From Bdellovibrionaceae bacterium UBA2339 (lineage in GTDB: Bacteria; Bdellovibrionota; Bdellovibrionia; Bdellovibrionales; JAMPXM01): a DNA stretch of 64,000 nt. Position numbers and translations under genes: made by a program. Shown here in pieces: positions 36,534-44,313 of the stretch. The stretch is from assembly GCA_002344785.1 (NCBI GenBank), contig DDUL01000056.1:31752-95751 (forward strand), written 5' to 3'. Within the stretch, counting starts at the first letter, position 1, and each line of letters opens with the position of its first letter. The notes under the pieces were generated by a model that made no database searches, was not told where the DNA came from, and was given only the letters and a program-made list of their open reading frames with translations.

Positions 36534-37622
36534 ATGTTGTGGCAAATTGGAGGAAAGATCTTGAACGACGGGCTGCAATTTGGGGCTCGTTTTGGCGATC
36601 TGCGTAAGCAAATCAATTTGCCTCAATGTCATCGGAAGTTGGGTTTGGTATTCGCGGCGGCTTTGGTGTCGTGGCTTGGGATGAGCGGTGATCTTGCGTT
36701 GGGGGCTCGGCCACTTGATTCCAATACTAGAAATTCCAAGAGTTGGAAGGTTGTCGAAACGCTACCATGGGCATGGCGTGATCATTCGGCACCATTGTCT
36801 CGCCTTAAATTCGAAGATGTGGAGCTTGGAGAATTGCTGTTCTTTGATCCGCAGTTGAGCGGCAATTTGAAGCAGTCATGTGCGACTTGCCATGATCCTC
36901 GGCGCGGGTTTTCAAATGCTCAAGCGGTTGCAACGGGAGCGCGGGGTCAGCGCGGTCAATACAATGTGCCAGTGATCTTCAATCGAGTTCACGGTGATCT
37001 TCAGTTTTGGGATGCTCGAGGTGTCAATCTCAAGTCGATGATCACCTCGCCGGTGACCTCGCCCCTTGAAATGGCCGCAGATTTAGATGTGGTTTTGGAG
37101 CGACTAAATCGAAGCGCCACGTACAAGTCTTTTGGCTTGATGACGAAAGACCGACTCGAAATTGCGCTCGCGAGCTTTCTGCAAAGTTTGATCACGGCGG
37201 ATTCGCGCTTTGATCTCAGTCAAAATGGTCATCCGGAACTGCTGTCGGAGCGTGAGCAGCAAGGGAAAGATTTGTTCTTCAACACCTACAAGTGTCAGAG
37301 CTGCCACTCGGGAGTGAATTTTTCGAGTGAGACGTTGCAGCCGCGCTGTGGAACGCCAATGAACCAAGCCCAAGTGTCGAGCACGGGCGATGCGGCTCAG
37401 GTGAATTATGGGAATTGGTTGAAAGTTCCAACATTGAGGAATCTAAAGCAATCAGCTCCCTACCTGCATAGCGGCCGACTGCGAAGCATTGATGAAGTGC
37501 TCGAGTTTTATAATTCTGTTGATCGGCCACTGCCGAAGTCGCATCGCAGGCTCTTGGCGGAGTTTCTCAGGACACTTGAAAGCGAAGTTGTGCAGTTTAA
37601 GCCTCGGCCAAAGGCGCCGTGA
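36534..37622 (+). CDS. Di-heme cytochrome c peroxidase (CCP/MauG family)
   Basis: LFFDPQLSGNLKQSCATCHDPRRGFSN and YKCQSCHSG motifs, PTLRNLKQSAPYLHSG. Start probably downstream of 36534, near the signal sequence KLGLVFAAALVSWLG. Confidence 0.85.
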   Translation: MLWQIGGKILNDGLQFGARFGDLRKQINLPQCHRKLGLVFAAALVSWLGMSGDLALGARPLDSNTRNSKSWKVVETLPWAWRDHSAPLSRLKFEDVELGELLFFDPQLSGNLKQSCATCHDPRRGFSNAQAVATGARGQRGQYNVPVIFNRVHGDLQFWDARGVNLKSMITSPVTSPLEMAADLDVVLERLNRSATYKSFGLMTKDRLEIALASFLQSLITADSRFDLSQNGHPELLSEREQQGKDLFFNTYKCQSCHSGVNFSSETLQPRCGTPMNQAQVSSTGDAAQVNYGNWLKVPTLRNLKQSAPYLHSGRLRSIDEVLEFYNSVDRPLPKSHRRLLAEFLRTLESEVVQFKPRPKAP

Positions 37623-37847
37623 TTCGCTGAACGAATTTCTGAAGCCTGTGAATGTCACGGCTGTGTGAACTTGCTGGACGAGCGGACTCGTGGGTCTTGT
37701 TAAGACTTTGCTGAGAACTCATGAACTGCGGCGATTGAGCGGGCATGGCTTGGAAAGTCGCATTGGATCGAGCAATCTGATTGAGGCTCATGGCATTCGT
37801 TCCGCGCGAGGGTAGGACTCTTTCGGGCTGGGTGAAAGACGGCCAAG

Positions 37848-40388
37848 GTGGATGCGATGTTGTGGAAAGACGAATCATCGAAAGGACAAGAATTGGCAGT
37901 CGAGACGGGCGAACTGTCGTCGAGTACAAGCACTCGTGTTTCCACGTTGCCCGCGTGGGTGGGAAGCATTTGGCGCGGACGACTTTATAAGCGAATTGTA
38001 TTTGTAGGTTCGGCGGTGCTGATCGCGATTGGGCTTAGCACATTAGTTGGCTGGGCTGGCGAAGTGGACGTGTTGCGCTCTTGGCTCTTACAAAAGGTCG
38101 CCATGAATCCGCTGACAGCCGTGGGATTTATTGCCGCAGGCCTAGCACTATTGGGGCACTTGCATGCATCTCTTGAAACGAAGTCACAGTTGGGAAGCGT
38201 GAGTTTGATCACGCGGTTTCTAGCCTTCGTCGTATTCGCCATTGGCGCCTTGCGAATTCTAGGTTTGATGGGTTGGGATCTCGGCTGGGATCAGGTTTTG
38301 TTTCGAGATCAGCTCGGAACAAATCGGATTGCGCCGAACACGGCTCTCGCATTTGTTCTTGGTGGACTGGGTCTATTGTTGAAGTCGCAAGCTCGTTCGT
38401 GGGCTGAGCGTGGTGTTGATGTTACCGCAGCCCTGTTGATGAGTTTGAGTGTGGTGAGCCTTGTCGGCTATTTGTTCGGCACACAGGGCCTCTATGGTCT
38501 TTCGACATTTATTCCCATGGCCTTTAATACGGCATTCGCATTTTTGGTGTTGGCGCTGAGCTTGTCCTGCTTGCGCGAGGACGCGGGCTTAGCGGGAATT
38601 GTCGGAGCTCGTGATCTTGGTGGAAGTGTCGCGCGAAGAATGCTGCCAGTCGTGATTTTGATTCCGCTGGTGCTGGGTGGACTGCGCACCCTCGGGCAGA
38701 ATGCGGGCTGGTATGAATTTGAATTCGGAGTTTCTTTACTCGTCGCTTTTACGATTGTGGCCTTGGCTGTACTCACAGGGCGATCGGCGCTGAAGCTAGG
38801 GCGGCTTGACCGAGCGCTGCAAGCCCAGTCGCAATTGCTGACTTCGGTTGTTGATCACATTGCGGATGGTGTTGTGGTCGTCGACCCCAGCGGAAATATT
38901 GTGCTGAAGAATCCGATGGCCACCGAACTTTTGGATGCGCATAACGAGAAGGCGCAGTGGTGGTCGCTGGATGAAAATCGAGAAGTTTCAGATCCGACCG
39001 CGCAGTCTCTTGAGCGGACAGAAGCCTCGGACCGAGAGCTGACGTTTGAAGATCGCCACTCAGGCCGAGTTCTCAGTGTGATTGGGCGATCTTTGAAGTT
39101 TGATGGAGGCTCTTGGGGCAGACTGGCCGTCGTTCGTGACATTACGGCGATGAAAGTGGCGGAGCGACAGCTCAAGGCGAGTCATTCCGAGCTCGAGCTT
39201 CGGATCCAAGAACGCGTGGGGGAGTTGACTCGTGCGCGCGCGCAAATTGAACAGCTCCAGAAATTGGATGCCATCGGTCGCCTTGCGGGTGGCATAGCCC
39301 ATGATTTCAATAATATTTTGGGCGCTATTCAGATGTGCTGTGACTTCATTACGCTCAAAAAGAGCGACGCCAAGGTCGTTGAAGAGACGGCAGCGCAAAT
39401 TCGAACATCAACGAGTCGAGGCGCATCGCTCACGCGGCAGCTCCTAATTTTTAGTCGTGACCGAGAGGTGGAGCGCAAAGTTCTGAACCTCAACACCTTG
39501 GTGCAGGAGCATGTGAAAATGCTGAGCCGATTGGTCGGCGATCAGTATCAGATTGAATTGAACCTGTGTCGTGAAGACTTACAGATTGAGGCGGATCCCT
39601 CACAGGTCGAACAGGTGTTGATGAATTTGGTCATCAACGCTCGAGATGCCATGCCTCAAGGTGGGCGGATTCTCATTTCGACTTTGAAGGTCAGTCATGT
39701 TGAGTCTTCAAGTGATGCGAATCTTGTTACGACCATTGGCAAGCGCGACGTCGCGCATGCAACTTTACGCGTTCAAGACTTTGGCTGTGGAATGGACTTG
39801 GCGACTCAAGAAAGAATCTTTGATCCGTTTTTCACGACCAAGCCCTTGGGCAAAGGCACGGGATTGGGACTTTCGACGGTGTATGGAATCGTGAAGAGTC
39901 TGGAAGGTTGGATTCGAGTGAAAAGTGAAGTTGGCCATGGTTCGGAGTTGAGCGTGTGGCTGCCTCTGACCGATAAGGCGATGGCTCGGGTCGAACATCA
40001 AGCTCCGACGCTTCCCCTTGAGGGGCAGGCGTCGATCTTGGTTGTTGAGGACGATGTGCACCTGCGGTCACTCTTCGTCGATGCTTTGGAGAGCTATGGT
40101 TACAAGGTTTCGATGGCAGAAAACGGCCGTCGTGCACTGGAGAAGATTGATTCGGGTGCGAAATTCGATTTGATCATTACGGATATGATGATGCCAGAGT
40201 TGGGAGGCGCAGAACTCTTGCGGGAAGTTCTACTTCGGGAACCCTTAGCGAAAGTGATTTGTATATCTGGCTATCGAGGTGAAGAGCCCCTTGCGGAAAT
40301 CGAAAACAATCCTCGAGTCGTGTTTTTGAATAAGCCGTTTGATACGGCGACGCTGTTGGGCCGAGTGCGATCTTTGACGAGCATGTAA
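37848..40388 (+). CDS. Hybrid sensor histidine kinase / response regulator with polytopic N-terminal sensor domain
   Basis: About 8 N-terminal TM helices and a PAS-like region. H-box GGIAHDFNNILGAI, N-box LVINARDAM, DFGCGMD, GKGTGLGLS. Receiver domain ILVVEDD...DLIITDMMMPELGG...NKPF. Confidence 0.9.
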   Translation: MDAMLWKDESSKGQELAVETGELSSSTSTRVSTLPAWVGSIWRGRLYKRIVFVGSAVLIAIGLSTLVGWAGEVDVLRSWLLQKVAMNPLTAVGFIAAGLALLGHLHASLETKSQLGSVSLITRFLAFVVFAIGALRILGLMGWDLGWDQVLFRDQLGTNRIAPNTALAFVLGGLGLLLKSQARSWAERGVDVTAALLMSLSVVSLVGYLFGTQGLYGLSTFIPMAFNTAFAFLVLALSLSCLREDAGLAGIVGARDLGGSVARRMLPVVILIPLVLGGLRTLGQNAGWYEFEFGVSLLVAFTIVALAVLTGRSALKLGRLDRALQAQSQLLTSVVDHIADGVVVVDPSGNIVLKNPMATELLDAHNEKAQWWSLDENREVSDPTAQSLERTEASDRELTFEDRHSGRVLSVIGRSLKFDGGSWGRLAVVRDITAMKVAERQLKASHSELELRIQERVGELTRARAQIEQLQKLDAIGRLAGGIAHDFNNILGAIQMCCDFITLKKSDAKVVEETAAQIRTSTSRGASLTRQLLIFSRDREVERKVLNLNTLVQEHVKMLSRLVGDQYQIELNLCREDLQIEADPSQVEQVLMNLVINARDAMPQGGRILISTLKVSHVESSSDANLVTTIGKRDVAHATLRVQDFGCGMDLATQERIFDPFFTTKPLGKGTGLGLSTVYGIVKSLEGWIRVKSEVGHGSELSVWLPLTDKAMARVEHQAPTLPLEGQASILVVEDDVHLRSLFVDALESYGYKVSMAENGRRALEKIDSGAKFDLIITDMMMPELGGAELLREVLLREPLAKVICISGYRGEEPLAEIENNPRVVFLNKPFDTATLLGRVRSLTSM

Positions 40389-40402
40389 TTGCGTCGACTG
40401 AC

Positions 40403-42616
40403 TTAGGTCCCAGGTGCAGGAGCTTGAGCGACTTGCTCGCTGAGCTTTCTAAAGATCAGTCGTGGACCGCCGCTTTGCAGACGACAATCCGATGAGTTTG
40501 CATTGAGCGCATGTAAAGCGCTGAGCAGATCTTGGGGGCGAACCGAGTTCGCTGCTGGCGCCCTCGCTTCCGCATTCTCCGGCACATAGGAGATTCTCAA
40601 GACAAAGTCGCCGTGGCGTTGCGGCGATCGTTGAAGGTTTTGGCCATTGGCTTGAACGATTTGTGTCGCCTCTGTTTCGATCAAAGGTGACCAAGATGTT
40701 TGTTGAGCTTCACGCTTCAGAGCTATGTTTTGATGGGCGACTTGATTTGTAACAGGAGTCAGTGGTCGAAGCGTAATTTGCAAGGGCTCAGCCATAGCGG
40801 GATTGATTTGGCCTGGAGATCCCGGCTTTGTGGGGGATTCGACATTTTGAGCCGAGAGCTCAGGATAGAGTGCATCCACATGCACGAGGCTGGTCTGAGA
40901 GCACTTTGGATTGATCAAGACGGCGAGAGTTTGATAGGCGTCGGGGAGTCCGCCGACTGATCCATAGTAATGAGCTTCGGCGTCTTGCGGGTTGCGAACT
41001 CTTTGAAGCTCAAGCGTATCGATGGGTAAGTTTTGTTGGGGCATCGATTTGATCCACGCGTCTAGAGCAGTTAGTGAAGCATGGTCTTCGCGAAGGCGAA
41101 GACTTTTTGCCTGAGCAAAGGCGTGGCCTTGCTCCACATAGGGACGAATCGGCGTCTTCCAGCTCACGGCCAAAGTTTCTTCGCGGAGCTCCAATTTGAG
41201 AGCGTCTTTTTGCGCGAAGATTTGCATTGCGGATGACGGGCTGAGGGGTTGCGAGAAATCAAGTGTCGCAGAATCCGTCGAGCCTGAAGCTGGAGCTGCA
41301 GCCAACTGACTCATTTGCAGTAAGGCTTGCACTTGCCCGTGAAGCTTTTGAGCGACCTCGCGACCCTTTTGACCTTCAAATCCGAATTTGAGTTCGAGAG
41401 CGAGATTTTCATTCAGGTCAAGATCAGCGCGAACTCGGGCCAAGTGTTGGAGGTCGGCCGGGGCCTGACTTTGAAGTTTTGTAGGAAGATTTTTGAGGAA
41501 TCTCTGCGCATTGATTTCCGCAGAGAGAACACTCGCCGAGTTATCGGAGCGCGCCATTTGTCCATTCGAGTGGGTCGAGCTTGGACGGAGCGCGAGGTTC
41601 AGAACATCGGCTAGAGTCTCACGATTGTTGGTCATCACAAATTGATCAGGTCCGACGAGCGTCAGGTAAATGCGAGATGGAGTGGCGACTGGATCCGAAG
41701 CGCTCGCCATTGAATCTTGCAAGTCTTCAAACTCAAGACTTGGATATCCATGGATCCAAACCAGCTGAGCAGCAGGTGGACGCGCCTTTGGGCCTTGAGA
41801 TTCCTGCGGACGAAGCGGGTCCGGCGTTTCCTTCTTCGTCTCGGACTTGAGTTCTTCGGTCCAATCCACGAAGGTCTGAGCAAGTTGCGCATGTTGAGAT
41901 TTGTCGAAGGCCTTTGGGTAAAGACGTTTGAATGCATGGGCTTGCAGGATGAGTGAAAATTTGAGTTCGCGTTTCATCAAGGCGTGGCGCGAAGTCTTGT
42001 CGTCGGGCTCGAGCATTTTTCGGATGGACTCATCGGTCGCGAAGACGCCCAGTGAGGCTTCAAACTGAACGAGATCAGGATCCTGACTAAGCACCTCGCT
42101 CAGTTTTTGAATTTGTGAGAGGCGATGCTCAGATTTTCGAGCTTCCGTCATCAGCAGCTGTTCCAAGCCCTGAGCGTCGAGACCCTGGAGACTCGGATCT
42201 AATTTTAGTCCATGGCGAATCTTCATCTCGGCGGTCATCAGATCAGTTTGACCTCGGAGAGTTTCATGGAGTTTTTTGAGATCTTGTCCGGTCGCCTGAA
42301 TGAAGTCTCGCGCTGGGCTGCGAACTTGAAAAGTGACGAAGTTATCCGGCAGTGAACTGATGTTCTCTGAGATCTTTGGTGGCTTTTGGAGCCCAAGTGC
42401 CCAAAGTCCAAACTTCATAAAATTTCGAGCTGGGGCGTAGGTGAAGTAGGCGGCGATCGGAACTCCGACCATGAGTAGGAGAAAGAAAAGGAGAATTTTC
42501 CAACCTGTACTTGACGAGCTTCGCGACGAACGAGTGGTTGGAATGGGGCGAGTCGGTGGGCGCATGGAGGATCTCTCAGTCTTAGGCTGATCATTCGACG
42601 ATGCATTCGACTTCAC
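40403..42616 (-). CDS. Large N-terminally membrane-anchored protein, unknown function (737 aa)
   Basis: Ser/Arg/Pro-rich N-terminus, a single TM (WKILLFFLLLMVGVPIAAYF), then about 650 aa with no motif I recognise. Confidence 0.6.
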   Translation of the reverse strand: MKSNASSNDQPKTERSSMRPPTRPIPTTRSSRSSSSTGWKILLFFLLLMVGVPIAAYFTYAPARNFMKFGLWALGLQKPPKISENISSLPDNFVTFQVRSPARDFIQATGQDLKKLHETLRGQTDLMTAEMKIRHGLKLDPSLQGLDAQGLEQLLMTEARKSEHRLSQIQKLSEVLSQDPDLVQFEASLGVFATDESIRKMLEPDDKTSRHALMKRELKFSLILQAHAFKRLYPKAFDKSQHAQLAQTFVDWTEELKSETKKETPDPLRPQESQGPKARPPAAQLVWIHGYPSLEFEDLQDSMASASDPVATPSRIYLTLVGPDQFVMTNNRETLADVLNLALRPSSTHSNGQMARSDNSASVLSAEINAQRFLKNLPTKLQSQAPADLQHLARVRADLDLNENLALELKFGFEGQKGREVAQKLHGQVQALLQMSQLAAAPASGSTDSATLDFSQPLSPSSAMQIFAQKDALKLELREETLAVSWKTPIRPYVEQGHAFAQAKSLRLREDHASLTALDAWIKSMPQQNLPIDTLELQRVRNPQDAEAHYYGSVGGLPDAYQTLAVLINPKCSQTSLVHVDALYPELSAQNVESPTKPGSPGQINPAMAEPLQITLRPLTPVTNQVAHQNIALKREAQQTSWSPLIETEATQIVQANGQNLQRSPQRHGDFVLRISYVPENAEARAPAANSVRPQDLLSALHALNANSSDCRLQSGGPRLIFRKLSEQVAQAPAPGT

Positions 42617-42879
42617 GACTTAACCTCGTTTCCGAACATTAAGAGAGGCTGGCCCCAATCCATATCAAGTGTGCTGGTCAAGTGTGCTGCCACATGGCCT
42701 CACGCCAGGACTGATTGGACCTCGTCGGAAATTCGCTCCCTGGACTTTAGTGCAGATCAAATTGAGACGTTTTAAAGCGTTACCTGAGAGATCGAGGTTT
42801 CTTTGATTTAGCAAAAGCTCAAATACCCAGCTTTGGATGAGCATCCTTCAATAACACGTGGCTCGAGTCGGACGTCTCG

Positions 42880-44235
42880 ATGAAACTTGAGAGCATGGGA
42901 CAACCTCAGTTTGATGCACATCGATGGGCCGGTGCCTTTGTGTTGGGATACATGCTCAGGCATCTCATGAATGCGACGATGATTCGTCCTTCGGCAATGT
43001 TGCCCTTTCTCCCCTTGGGGGATGTTGAGGTGGCTTATCAAGCCACAGGCTTGATGGCCTTTACCGTGATCTTGGGTTTGGCGATCAGTTCGCGGGCTTG
43101 GGTGCTTTGGGGCGGAATTGGGGCTGTCTTACTCTTGTGGGTTTGGAATTTACTTTATTCAGCGGCCGGGGCCTTTTACTCGACGAGCATTTTTCTTTGC
43201 TTCGTGCTGTTGGTGAGCGGCTGGAAGGGAAGGTCCGGGCCGATTGCTTCTGAAGACATGGCCTCGATCGCGAGATTCGCTTTGGCCTTGTTGTTACTCT
43301 CCGCAGCTGTTGAAAATTTGCATGTCGCGATGACGATTCCGTCTCATGAATCAACGTTCAACGATTCAGGAATCAGTGATCCATCGACCCGAGGTATTTT
43401 CTTGGCGCTCGTCACGTTTGTGGGTTTCGTTTTGCTCGTCTGGCGAGCGCAGGTGGGGGCGCACATCGTGGCGATCTTGGCCTTGATGATGGCCATTCAA
43501 CAAGTGCGCGGCTTTCACGTTTACTTTTGCCTACTTCCGTTTGTGATGTGGATCGAGTCGCGCAGATTGGATGCTTGGGCCAGTCAGTTTCCTCGACTCA
43601 AGGTACTTTCAAATCCATTCTTTTGGACACTCTTGGTTTTTGTCTTGCAGCCACCTTTACCGTCTCCGGTAAAACCAGTGGCGGTCATCCTGATCGCGGG
43701 GTTAGGGATTGTCGCTCATTTCGCCTGGATCATCGGTTTGAAGCCGTGGCGGTCGATGCAAGATGGTCAAGGTGGAGTACGGCTTGGTCAGGAAGGGTTG
43801 CGGTGGTCTCTTCGCATGGGGCTTGTGCCGCTCGCTTTGTTAAGTTTGATTTTCGTCGACTCGGCCTGGGGTACTCGACTTTCGCCTCATCGACTGCTCA
43901 CTCTACGCGTAGAAACTCGGCCGCGTTTTCAGATACAAGTTGGCTCATTGCAAGCGTGCCGCGAACTGCAATCGCGCTGGCAAGTTTTTGGTGTGATGAA
44001 TCTGAGTCTTAAGATTTTGAATGCGCAAGCAGGGAATGTGATCGATCGGGATCGGCGTGAGCCGAGTTGCCAAATCGAATTTGCTGCCGAACATTTGCGA
44101 GAGTCGATTCGAGGTAAGATCTGTGAGATCTTGCCTCTTGATCGTTGGCCTGATTTTCGATGGCGAGAAGTTGATCGGGAGACTGGGCTTGCGACTCCAG
44201 GTCGTTGTGATGTGAGTGAGAGACCTCATCACTGA
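42880..44235 (+). CDS. Polytopic membrane protein with soluble C-terminal domain, unknown function (451 aa)
   Basis: About 8 hydrophobic helices over the first roughly 330 aa, then an Arg-rich soluble tail. Confidence 0.55.
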   Translation: MKLESMGQPQFDAHRWAGAFVLGYMLRHLMNATMIRPSAMLPFLPLGDVEVAYQATGLMAFTVILGLAISSRAWVLWGGIGAVLLLWVWNLLYSAAGAFYSTSIFLCFVLLVSGWKGRSGPIASEDMASIARFALALLLLSAAVENLHVAMTIPSHESTFNDSGISDPSTRGIFLALVTFVGFVLLVWRAQVGAHIVAILALMMAIQQVRGFHVYFCLLPFVMWIESRRLDAWASQFPRLKVLSNPFFWTLLVFVLQPPLPSPVKPVAVILIAGLGIVAHFAWIIGLKPWRSMQDGQGGVRLGQEGLRWSLRMGLVPLALLSLIFVDSAWGTRLSPHRLLTLRVETRPRFQIQVGSLQACRELQSRWQVFGVMNLSLKILNAQAGNVIDRDRREPSCQIEFAAEHLRESIRGKICEILPLDRWPDFRWREVDRETGLATPGRCDVSERPHH

Positions 44236-44313
44236 AGCAGGGCGGCGCGGTCGGAGTTCGAAAAACCTGGAATTTTGTGCCAAGCCTTGGGCAACCTATG
44301 CCAAGCTTGAGAC

